Below, piece by piece: positions 53,427 to 64,000 of a DNA stretch of 64,000 nt (position 1 is its first letter; every line of letters begins with the position of its first letter). Under the pieces are notes generated by a model. That model was not told the origin of the DNA and did not search any database. It saw only the letters and a list, made by a program, of their open reading frames with translations. Both the position numbers and the translations under genes were made by a program. Source of the stretch: Lama glama (Eukaryota); contig CM052817.1 of the NCBI GenBank assembly GCA_028534125.1, positions 93,994,001-94,058,000 on the forward strand, read 5' to 3'.

Positions 53427-53541
53427 TGTCCCTGTGATGAGGCATGATGATGTGTAGGCTATTTGAGAAAAGGTTTATTTTCAGAATTTCTGGGAAGGAA
53501 CTCATCCATTCTAACTTTTATTGCTCTCCACACTGAGGACA
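53427..53541 (+). ncRNA. Candidate orphan box C/D snoRNA-like structure in intron 4
   Basis: tgtcc-ct-GTGATGA ... CTGA-ggaca: boxes C and D with a 5-bp terminal stem; no family or target recognised. Confidence 0.25.
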
Positions 53542-56484
53542 TTCCTTAGTCTCTCTGATTAGTCACTTATGCTATACTCTAAACCTGTTTCTTTGCTCAG
53601 TTTTTACAAGATGGAAGATATCTCCTTACCTTGCATTGCTTTTTTTTTCCCCCCTGGAAAAAAAGTAATTGAAATAGCAAATGGTTGACTTGGAAATATT
53701 TGGCTACTGAAATAAGCAAATATCAATCATTTATTTAAGGAAGAGTTAGATCTAAAATTGAAAATTGTGATCTGGCTTAGTAAAGTCTAAAAACATAGAC
53801 CTAATTGCTGTCTACATACTGTGTATAGCCTGACCTGCTACTCAACTAAAATTAACTTGGGCATCCAGTAGTGGGTCATGTGGTAGTTAAATCACCTGTA
53901 GCTCTAAATAACTCAGTGAAGGACTTGGGTTTAGGAGCTGCTAAGTATGAGCAATAGTCTGGAATCACCATCATCATTATTCATTATATTATATATGTAA
54001 GAATATTTTAGAGCAAACCAAAATTTGTAATATAGCATGTGTTATTATGGATCAAGTTTCTTTTCATATGCTTTTTATAAGTGAAAAAAAATTTTAAACT
54101 GAAGAAAAAATATCAAAGCTTTTAATTAAATAAATCATACACATTTTTGCAAATTGTAACTTAAGTTTAATGAATATCACAATAATGTCTGTAAATATTT
54201 AGATTTGTTCCTTCAGAAAAAATTCCACTTTCAGGCATTTAGAAGGTAATAGCCTGCTTGGATGTCTATCAGTGTGCTTATGAAGAACGTAGTCTTATTT
54301 CTGCATCAGTGGTAATTTTGACCATTTAAGATGTAGTTATAGACAACTACATGTATTATCTGATCGTAGAGACCCAGTCTACACTAGGAAAGCTTTTAGA
54401 AGATTTGGAATTATAAATGAAATAATCATTTAAAAAATTCTTTCCTCTTCCATCTCTGTTTCTCCCATCACCTCTGAGGAAACAATAATTTTGGATTTCT
54501 GATTATTTTAGCAGCAGAGTATCTGATAGATATGGCTTTATGAAGAAGAATTATAATTCAGGCTTGCTTTGAAATGTAGAGATGAGAGCTACAGAGTGAA
54601 CCTTCAGGAACTTGTAGTTTTATGGTCAGATTAATACCTTTGATAGGGGTAAATTAAAGAAAGTGGTGCAAAAGCTAGAATGTGATATAAGACCTCAAAG
54701 CATAAGAGTAAAACCAGACACAGTAGATCGAGAATGGCCATGTTAATTTAAGAACATGATTTTCTTTTTACAGGAAGGAACGGAATTGACTGGGATAGTA
54801 CTTTAATTGTTGTTATTGCTGTTTGATAATAAGACCATAGAGCTATCACTTTACTTTTATCACAAGTTAGCAACCAGAAAAAAAAGTTCTACACTGCCTT
54901 TTATTTGGTTTATTTGGGTACTTTGAGAATAGTCTGAAGAAGGGCAAGGGTGAAAACAGGGAGACCAGTTGGGAGGTTTTGCATGAATTGATGCAAGAGA
55001 TGATTGTCAGCTGAAATAAAAATTACAAGCAGTATATATATATGGTATGATTACATTTGTACAAAAAATAACATGTGGTATATAATGTGACATATGAAGT
55101 GTGACATATAGCAAGCAATGTCTTTCAGTGGACAACGAGACAGAGACTTTCACTTATTTCAAGTTTGTATTGTTAGGTTTTTTGTTTTTGTTTTTATTTT
55201 ACAATAACCATATAATTCATTTACAACAAAATTAAACTTTTACAGAAAGATTATTTAACAATACAGGAAGTTAGGCCAATATGTCATGAAATTATCCATA
55301 ATCTCACTACACTATAGTTTTTATGTTTTCCATTATGATGTTTTTCCCCTAGGTATTTTAACAGGACTGTATTTATATTTGTCATCTATGTGCAGTTTTT
55401 GTATCCTTCTTTTAAAATTTAACATTACATATTTTCCCATGTTGCTACACACAAAGTTCTACAAATATAAAATAATAAGATGCTTTATACATGTGAAATA
55501 TAAATATGAAGTATCAGATTATAATTAATAATTAGTTGAAACAAGTATAGCAGTGTACCAATGGAATGAGCCATTTCTGCAAAATAGAGTTTGTTTTGTT
55601 AATAACCTCAAATAAGATTGGCTCTATATTGACTTTTTAGTCTAATTTTATAATGAAAGGACATTGTTATACTTATTATTGGTTTTAATAGTTTTCTACA
55701 TATTTATGAGCCGTGAGCATTTCATTTAGCCTCATTTTGCTTTCATTTTTAACCCAAATTCCCTAAAAATAATAGAAGTTTCTGATTCACTTTATTTTTA
55801 GAACCATCTTTTTTTTTTTTGGAAGTGTAGAATGGGGGTCATTAGTAAGGATAACCATGATAAGACACCGTCCCTAAAATAGAGGTAGTCCCTTAGCTAA
55901 AAATAGAGGTAGTGCTGTAGCCTGAGCTGTAATTTTAGTTACGTGTGTGAGTTATTTTGAAGATTTTCTTGAAGTAGACGTTAATGTGCAAAGTATGTAT
56001 GACTCTTTAAAGTGAAAAATCTAAAATTCACACTAGATGGAGCTCTTGAGCTAATTCTAGGTTTAGCTTTTAAAAGTTTGTCCCTTTTGAACAACGTGGT
56101 AAATATAACAGCCCTAGCATCATTAGAACGGCAGTAGTAACGAAGGCTCCTATTTTCTGCTTTAGTTAGTTTGAACCTAGCTTTAGATGGAGTGTAAGGA
56201 TGAGGAGAGGGGTCCTAGGTAGAATTACAATTACATTTGACTTAAAAACTAGATGTACCTTGATATTCTAGAAATTTTTAACTTCATAACTTTTTAGAAA
56301 AAGGCAATGACTGAACACACCAAAAAGCACTTGCTGATCATGTAACATTTGCATTCCATTTGTAGGCTAAAAAAAAAGCACTTTTTTAAAAATATGTTTA
56401 TAAAGAATCTTATTTATATATTCTTTTCCAGAACTTGTTGCCATTTTTGTAAACTGAGAAATGTTTGTCTTTTTTTCTGTTCAG

Positions 56485-56643
56485 ATTGTTCCTCATGTGG
56501 TTAACTTGGTTCACTCCTTCAAAAGTGATGGTCTGCCCTCCAGTACAGCCTTCCTAGTGCAGTTAACAGAATTGATACACTGTATGATGTATCACTATTC
56601 TGGATTTCCAGATCTCTATGAACCTATCCTGGAAGCAGTAAAG
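56485..56643 (+). CDS. USP38: USP38 coding exon 5 (159 nt)
   Basis: ttcag|ATT GTT CCT: IVPHVVNLVHSFKSDGLPSSTAFLVQLTELIHCMMYHYSGFPDLYEPILEAVK; donor |gtacga. Confidence 0.97.
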
Positions 56644-56849
56644 GTACGATGACAGTTGCACCGGGGTCTGCGGAGCTGCAGCCCGTGATGTGATAGATGA
56701 ACACCGTGAAACATTCCTATGACCAGCTCTTCAATTGACTGTTTAATGGAAATATGTTTTTTGTTTGAAAAATGCAATTGGAATCAGGGTTCATTAATTT
56801 TTAGGGAGTAATCTCATTCTTACTTTCTGTAACTAATTTAAATTAATAA

Positions 56850-57010
56850 CCATATTTCTTCAGTTCTACAAAGCCAATAATTATAAGGCATATCTTTAAA
56901 TTTATAACAGTTTAAAAAATGCTACATTAAGTGAATACATACATCAGAGTTGTTTCCCAATATCAGAAGTGTTAAAATATGTAAGATACATCTTAGAATT
57001 AAGGAAAGGC
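56850..57010 (-). mobile_element. MER104-like TcMar MITE
   Basis: Degenerate TIRs ccatatttcttcagttcta / tagaattaaggaaagg; 'tgttaaaatatg...catcttagaat'. Confidence 0.45.
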
Positions 57011-57811
57011 AGTTTAATAAAATATTTGACTTCTCTGTTTTTTCATTTTTGCTATGGATTATTCATGAGTGTCCATATTTTGTAGAATCTACTTGAATTA
57101 TTTGCAAACTTACTGTTTTTCAGCTTTGTATAGATATTGGATCTAAATCATTTACACTTAAAATTTTATCTCATAAGTCACGAAGCGGGGAAGAAACTGT
57201 ATCTTGTAATAATTTTCTGTATGGTTAAACATGAGATTGAGTTTTATTTTTTAAAGTCAGAGGTCATTGTGCATAGATAACTTTCATTTTTCATCCCCTT
57301 ATTACTTTGAGCTTTTATTTCTAAGGCGTAAGAGCAGGTAAACAGTAGTAAATGAAAAGGGGATATTTCTTATCCTCATTACAAAATTTGAAAGCAAATT
57401 GTTTACCTTGTTCAATTGTGTGCTAATTTTAAGTCCTCATTCTGCTGCCTTTGAATAGCACTACATATCTCAGAGTTCTGATCTATTGATCTCAGAGTTC
57501 TATTTTGAAAACATTTTGATGGCAAATATGAAACATAAATAGTTCAAAGGAGACTTGAATTCCTGGTTCTTGAGTATTCCTCAGCTTGATAAACTCTACT
57601 GTTAAGAGATATTTAATGCATTCTAAGAGATAATTATTTTTGCCATGTAGTATGGTTCAGTTTTTGATAACTGGTCAAGTATTACCAGTGATTTCAAAAC
57701 TGAGTGGGAGAAAATAAAAAGTTAAATATCAATGGAAGAGTCTACTTTATGGTGTTAATAACAAAAAATAGTTTATATTTTTACACTATTTTTCCTCTTT
57801 ATGATCTATAG

Positions 57812-58005
57812 GATTTTCCTAAGCCCAGTGAAGAGAAGATTAAATTGATTCTCAGTCAAAGTGCCTGGACTTCTCAATCCAATTCTTTGGCATCTTGTTT
57901 GTCTAGACTTTCTGGAAAATCTGAAACTGGGAAAACTGGTCTTATTAATCTAGGGAATACCTGTTATATGAACAGTGTTATACAGGCATTGTTTATGGCC
58001 ACGGA
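57812..58005 (+). CDS. USP38: USP38 coding exon 6 (194 nt), start of the USP catalytic domain with Cys box
   Basis: tag|GAT TTT CCT: DFPKPSEEKIKLILSQSAW...GKTGLINLGNTCYMNSVIQALFMAT; catalytic TGT at 57962-57964 is codon 454; donor GA|gtaagt. Confidence 0.98.
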
Positions 58006-59149
58006 GTAAGTTTAAATTTGAACTTTTTTTTTCATTTTAACTGTAGAAATTGATGTATGCTGATGAAAAGTAAGATGCTTGAATTGCCTTCACGTTATTT
58101 CTTATATGTAACAGCAATATTAGTATTTTCATATAATTGTCTTATTCAGAAATAAAATTTCTTTTAGTGCTCAGGAACTTTTAACATGTTAACATATAAA
58201 TTCTACTTTATATTTATATTATATATTGCATTTAGAATCTTTTGAATTACTCTGACAATACTTATTAATGTAACAGAAGGATTGAGTATTATTTATTTGA
58301 CAGAGTTTAAGGGTTCTCAAGTACTAATTTATTATCCTGTTAAACAGTAGGGTTTTTTTTTAACCTATATATCTTTGGAGGTGGTCATGTTTAGTTTTTT
58401 TCTGCTTGTGGTTATTTTGCTGTTTATCAGATCAATAACTTCTTTGTTGCTGTTGGAAAAGTTTAAGCTCTGCTTTTCACCCCAAATTAATAGATACTGA
58501 ACAGATGTGTAAACAGACATGTTTCTTTGCTTCTTACAGATTTACTTTCAAATTCACTTTCTTTTGCAGCCAAGCAAATAGAAAATCAGAGGTTGTTAGC
58601 TATGTGAATATAGTCTGTAAAGGTACAAAATAATGATGAACTTTTCCTGAAGGCAAAAACCCCATTGAATTTTTCTCTTCAGTACCAATAGAGTATTCAT
58701 GAAATTTGACCAAAGATGTTTATTGAGTTCCAAGCCTTTGTAAGTTTTTATGCCTACCTAGAGGAATCATAACCTAAAAGATAAAGGGTTTAGTTTTATT
58801 TCCTGGCATCAGAATATACTAGCAACACTAAGAGGTTTTTCTTTTGGCTTACTATTTTCTTTTGTCTTTTGATTTATTTGTATTTGAGATTTTTTGTTTG
58901 TTTTTCAAGCAAATGTACCTAGCATAAAGCTAAAGTGATCCGTGTTTTACCTCCCGAGATAGTCTAATGCAGCAGTCTCATTTTACAGATGCTCTAGAAT
59001 AAGCAGAAACGAGCAGTTAGAACTGGCAAAAGCAATTCAAAGAGCACATCTTACTGTACAGTGACCAATAATAGTGTCTCAGGATAGGCAGACAGCATAT
59101 TTTGTTTCTTTGGGAATAAGTAAATTCTTTGTGGTTAAAAAAAAAATCT

Positions 59150-60180
59150 AGAAGTACGTAAAATAAAAATCAGATATTCCTATTCTCAAACATAATTTGT
59201 TAAGCTTTGCATGCATTATTCCAGACCTGTTTTTTGTATAGTGATAAGATTTATCTGGTACAAAAACTATTTTTTTTAAATATATTTATAAAGAATCTTG
59301 TTTATATATTCTTTTCCAGCCACTTTTATCTTTTAATGATTTGTGTTGGAAATAGTCCCATGTTAGGGCAATGACAGAACTGTTACTCTGAGTAAACAGG
59401 TGTATCATAATTTATTTAACCATACTCCTATTGATGACTGTTTGGTTATTTTGCTCATAATTAACATCAGTCTGCCCAAATGCAGATATAGAGGACATTC
59501 TTTGAATAGGGTGTGGCAAATTGCTCTCCAGAAAGGCTGTAGCATTTGTACTTGCATACTAATTCATGAGGGTACCTATGACCCCATACCTTTGGCAGTA
59601 CTTGGTATAACCAGTCTTTAAAATTTTTTCCAGTCTTGGGGGAAGTGTCTTTTTGTTTTAATTTGCATATTGCTGAACATTACAGTTTCTCCCTCTCTAG
59701 TTTTCTTTGTTCATTTGTGTTTCTTTTCTAAATAATCTATTCTTTGTGCACCTTTCTCTTGGGTCCTTTTCTTTTTCATACTGATTTATATATACTCTGG
59801 ATGATAATCCCTTGTACCATGCTTTCTTCCAGTCAGTGCGATTCAGATTCGTAGAGGGCTTCATTTGCAATTTTTTATTTTATGCAGTCAAATCTGCTAT
59901 TTATCATTAATAGTATCTGAATTTTTAGGAAACTTTCCTCCTCTAAATCCTCCCCCCCTCTTTTTTTTCTTTTAAATACTTTAGTAGCTTTGTATTTTAC
60001 ATTTAGCTCATTATTCCTCTGTGGCATTTGTGACAGTGTAAAATTTTATCCAATTCCATTTTTTTTCCAGATGGATACCCAATTGTTCCTATACTATCTT
60101 TTGAATAGTTTGTCCTTTTCCCATCTGGCACTAGTACCACACTCCTTCAATCACTTAACTTTAGAGTTTCAATTGCAGTA
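59150..60180 (-). mobile_element. Very old L1 (L1ME-like) 3' fragment
   Basis: 'cataatttatttaaccatactcctattgatg', 'gcaaattgctctccagaaagg', 'ttttaatttgcat'. Confidence 0.55.
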
Positions 60181-60523
60181 TATTTTTTTATTTCATGCAT
60201 ATTTGAAAGAATTTAAAAGTTGTTTACTTAAGTTACCCATTAATAGCCTAATCTATTTCTATTTGCTAATCGGGAAGATAGAAATAATATGTGACAGCAC
60301 ATGGCCATTGCCAGGCCGCATAGGAAGTGTTCATTTACCTTTATTCTCGTTCCCCTTCTTCACTACATTGTGGGCAGTGACTTTGCCAGGTAAAGGGCCT
60401 ACAGGTGAGTGAAATTTTACCTTGAAGATAGTAAGTCCTTGAACTAACTTCTATTTAGCTTTTAAAAAATGCGTGTGTGTGTACACATGTATACACAAGT
60501 CATTATATTTTATTCTCTTTCAG

Positions 60524-60617
60524 TTTCAGGAGACAAGTATTATCGTTAAATCTAAATGGGTGCAATTCATTAATGAAAAAGTTACAGCATCTTTTTGCCT
60601 TTTTGGCTCATACACAG
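60524..60617 (+). CDS. USP38: USP38 coding exon 7 (94 nt)
   Basis: tttcag|T TTC AGG AGA: (D)FRRQVLSLNLNGCNSLMKKLQHLFAFLAHTQ; donor CAG|gtgagt. Confidence 0.96.
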
Positions 60618-61690
60618 GTGAGTGTTAGAGTGTATAGTATGTATATATTAACTGCATTGATAATCTTCTTTAAACTTCCCAGTATACCAAACTTGGTGAA
60701 CCTTTTTAATTGATGAAATAATACATATTTCTCCCAGCATAACAGATCCACTTAGAAATCTCAAGAGATACTGCCTAAAATCAGGATATGCCCTAAGTTT
60801 TTATTTCTGCCTTCTGCTTTTCATTCTTGTAGATAAATATTTTGCTGACACATTATTCTAATTATTATAGCTAAAATTTGATTTTTATTCAATAAATAAG
60901 TTCCTCCATGAAGAAGTCTTTTAAAATGCATCTTTAATATTAAGTTTATAGATACTAATTGATAGATTTTTCACAGTAATGAACAGTTAAAAATGAACAA
61001 TTAAAATAATTTTGTGGCATCTTGGCTTCTTTTTTCTCCCGTTGCTAATATATGTATATACCATTTCATCATAACTAAACTTTTAAGCTCTAGATCTAAA
61101 AATTTTGTGTTGCTCTTTTATGTCCACATGTTAATCCAATGAAATGAGTTTATGCTAATGGCAAGAAAGTCACATATAGTAAATTCATCCAGCAGACATT
61201 TATTTAGAGACACAATATGCAATCTGATAAGCATTCAAAAAGGAATCCTTATGCTCAAAGAACTTTAAGTTTTCAGTAATACATATGAATAATATATACC
61301 ATTTATAAGTATTAAATACTACTTTCTGATTTTATTTTGATTGTCTTAGTTCCACAGAGTCTAAAAGAGTAGGTAGTTGCAGCCAGAAGAGAAGATAGGT
61401 CCAGAGTTGGTGGAATTGAATTGATAGGAATGCTTTGTTTCCTATCTACAAGCTGAGAAATATCTCAAGTATACCTTCTTAAATGGAAAAAATCAAGACA
61501 GGATTGACCTATGAGATGATAATGATGGCCTGTGAGATACTAAAGGATCATTTTATTATTCTCTATCTGGGGGAAATATGTTCACAAATTTAACATTTCA
61601 GGACCAAGGAAGACAAAATCTCTTCCCTCCAGCTCCCAAACATTGTTTTCTAATAAATGGACCTATTCACTTGCTATATCACTATATATA

Positions 61691-61966
61691 GAGTTGGCCT
61701 TTGAAAAACACAGGTTTGAGCTGTGAGGGTCCATGGATTTTTTTTTTAATATTTTTACTGAAGTATAGTCAGTTTACAATGTTGTGTCAACATGGATTGT
61801 TTTCAGTAAAGATGTACTGTAGTACTACACAGTCCATGGTTGGTTGAATCCACAGATGCGGAACCACGGATATGGAGGGCTTGTTGTAAAGTTAGACACA
61901 AGTTTTTGACTAAGCAGAGGGCCAGTACACCTACCCGTAACCCCCGTGTTGTTCAGTGGTCAGCTG
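61691..61966 (+). mobile_element. Tigger2-derived MITE (same family as 34085-34300) carrying a 51-bp L1 tail
   Basis: TA-flanked TIRs gagttggcctttgaaaaacac / gtgttgttcagtggtcagctg; colinear with the 34 kb copy. Confidence 0.8.
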
Positions 61967-62224
61967 TATAATATATATGTATATCTGTGTGTATACATGT
62001 AGCTATAAATACATTATATATACTATATTATTTACTAAATCAGGGCTATTAGGGAAAAAACCTTAGGAGCTTCCATACTCTCAACAAAAGAAAAAGTTAT
62101 TAAGAAGTGACCCAAATTAAAATTTTGTTACAGTCAAGACCTGGCCATAGCAAGCCAACAAGGATTGTTTTAGTACATAGATTTTCCCTATATAATTTTA
62201 AAGGTTTTTCTTTTTATAATTAAC

Positions 62225-62450
62225 AAAGCTAACATTTTTTTAGCATTTAAATTTGGCTCCTGTGCTAAGTGGTTTACATATATTATCTCTTAATCCTCAG
62301 ACTCAATCTATAAGGTAATACGATAGTATCCCCATTTTACAGGTGAAGAAACAGGGCTTACATTACCTGCTTTCAAGGTCATGCAAATAAGTGGCAAGAT
62401 TGGAATATGAACCAAATGATTCTGGAACCCATGTTCAGCCAGTACACTAA
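62225..62450 (-). mobile_element. MIR SINE
   Basis: 'tatctctttaatcctca...atccccattttacaggtgaagaaacaggg'. Confidence 0.7.
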
Positions 62451-62929
62451 ACTCCTTTCCTTCAAAATGCCATAAACACTCCTATCTTGATAAAAATTTT
62501 CCTTAACTTAGAGCTCTGTTATGTACCACAAATATTCAAAATGTCAGGAGGATTCTAAGTTTTCAAGTTACGATCATAATTTTTCAGATGTCTTTTCAGT
62601 TCTTTTTTGTTTGTTTTTGCCATGTCAAAATCTAGGATTTGAACCTAGCTTGCTCCAAATCCATCACATCACTTCACTAAACTGCCTCTTTACGAAAAAA
62701 AATAAAATAAAATTAGCAAGATCCCTAACCCACAGTGTGTTCATATTCTGTATATTTATGACATGTGTACCCAGCCAAGAAAATTTTCATCTAAAATAGG
62801 TATGCATATTCTGTGGAGTATGCCCCTTATTACTTTATCCCAAACATATATTCAGTCGCATGTCTTTTTCAGATTTTATGTTTTTAAAAATTGTGGAATC
62901 AAGCACATGACTGTCAGAGGGATAACGCC

Positions 62930-63100
62930 AGGGGCATTGTATTAAGTTAGAGATACCTGGGTTCTGATATCATCCCCTCTGCTGCTAATTTAGCTGTGTG
63001 ACCTTGGGCAAGTCACATAGTTTCTCTGGATCTTAATTCTCATCTGCAAAATGAGAAGGTATGACTGAAAGTTACCTAAATTTATTTCTAGCTAATTTTA
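62930..63100 (+). mobile_element. MIR SINE
   Basis: Core 'tagctgtgtgaccttgggcaagtcac...ctcatctgcaaaatga'. Confidence 0.75.
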
Positions 63101-63245
63101 TGTGTCCCTATGTTTGGCACTTTGTAGTAAAGGTTAAGCCGTGTAATTTTAGTAATCTTGATTAAGCATTATATGTTAAGATTTCAGTTATTTGGTTCAT
63201 GGTGTGAGAATCACTCCCTTGTTTTGTCTCTACTGATACCAAAAG

Positions 63246-63352
63246 AGAGAAGCATATGCACCTCGGATATTCTTTGAGGCTTCCAGACCTCCATGGTTTA
63301 CCCCCAGATCACAGCAAGACTGTTCTGAATACCTCAGGTTTCTACTAGACAG
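63246..63352 (+). CDS. USP38: USP38 coding exon 8 (107 nt); gene continues beyond the window
   Basis: aag|AGA GAA GCA: REAYAPRIFFEASRPPWFTPRSQQDCSEYLRFLLDR (USP QQD motif); donor AG|gtaaaa. Confidence 0.96.
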
Positions 63353-63538
63353 GTAAAAAGTATTTCTAAAGCTGTGATTTGAATTGTGTTCTTTCATAAC
63401 AGATTATTTTTACAGAACATTGTTTTTACCTGTAAAAACATTTTTCAGATGTTAATCTTTAAAATGCCTTGCATTTATTATATTTTTTTAATTGTTCTCA
63501 TTTTTAATTTGGTTTTTTTTAATCTTCTTACTTTAGAC

Positions 63539-63997
63539 CAGCTGTTCTCAATGTGTGGGACAAGGACCCCTAGGGAGTTACCAAAACACTTTCCTGGGTC
63601 TTCCCATTTCCAGCTCATATCTGTGCATATTATGTAGTTGAGGCCAGGTTTTCTTCATATACTTCATCCAGAATGGTGTATGACAGTAGACTGAACGCAG
63701 AGCAGATAGGAAGATCCAGCTGCCTTCTATTAAGCTAGAGACTTGAAATAATTGCAAAATGTGAAACAGTGCCATTCTTCTCACTAATTGTTTTGGTTTT
63801 AGAAAATATAACTTTTTCATTTTAAAAATGTTTATTTCTATTAACATGTGATTAGTTTATTATTGTTTTCAAATCTTTTATTTTACTATTTTTATTCTCA
63901 ATTTTTGAATACAGTAAATATTGATAGATATAACCACATAAATGAAACCGTACTTATTTTTTATAAAGGCGTCCTGAGACAAAAAATTTAATACCTG
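63539..63997 (+). mobile_element. hAT-Charlie (Charlie1-like) non-autonomous element
   Basis: Starts cagctgttctcaa; 'atccagctgccttctattaagc...gccattcttctcactaa' resembles recalled Charlie1a. Confidence 0.55.
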
Positions 63998-64000
63998 CTC

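Overview
Mammalian genomic DNA, probably camelid, inferred from four ~90-180 bp SINEs with a tRNA-Ala(AGC)-like head. Bases 1-40,000 are intergenic and repeat-rich: ERV1/ERVL/MaLR LTR elements, L1, L2, MIR, Tigger/Charlie DNA transposons and one 500-N gap. A CpG-island promoter at ~40.55-42.0 kb drives USP38 (ubiquitin-specific peptidase 38) on the + strand. Eight coding exons (1,604 nt, codons 1-535, all GT-AG, phases consistent) lie in the window, including the catalytic Cys box (C454); the gene continues past the right edge. Nearly all other ORF-track entries are noise or repeat remnants. I cannot demonstrate a new biological system. The best leads, all untested: (1) a candidate orphan box C/D RNA in USP38 intron 4; (2) a candidate poison micro-exon 119 nt upstream of exon 7; (3) a 5' leader with short uORFs plus an out-of-frame uORF overlapping the CDS; (4) two short local duplications bracketing exon 4 and exons 5-6; (5) a MER41-like LTR with altered STAT sites; (6) a 15-bp-periodic inverted-end element. 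Repeat family names are recalled from consensus sequences, not from a database search.
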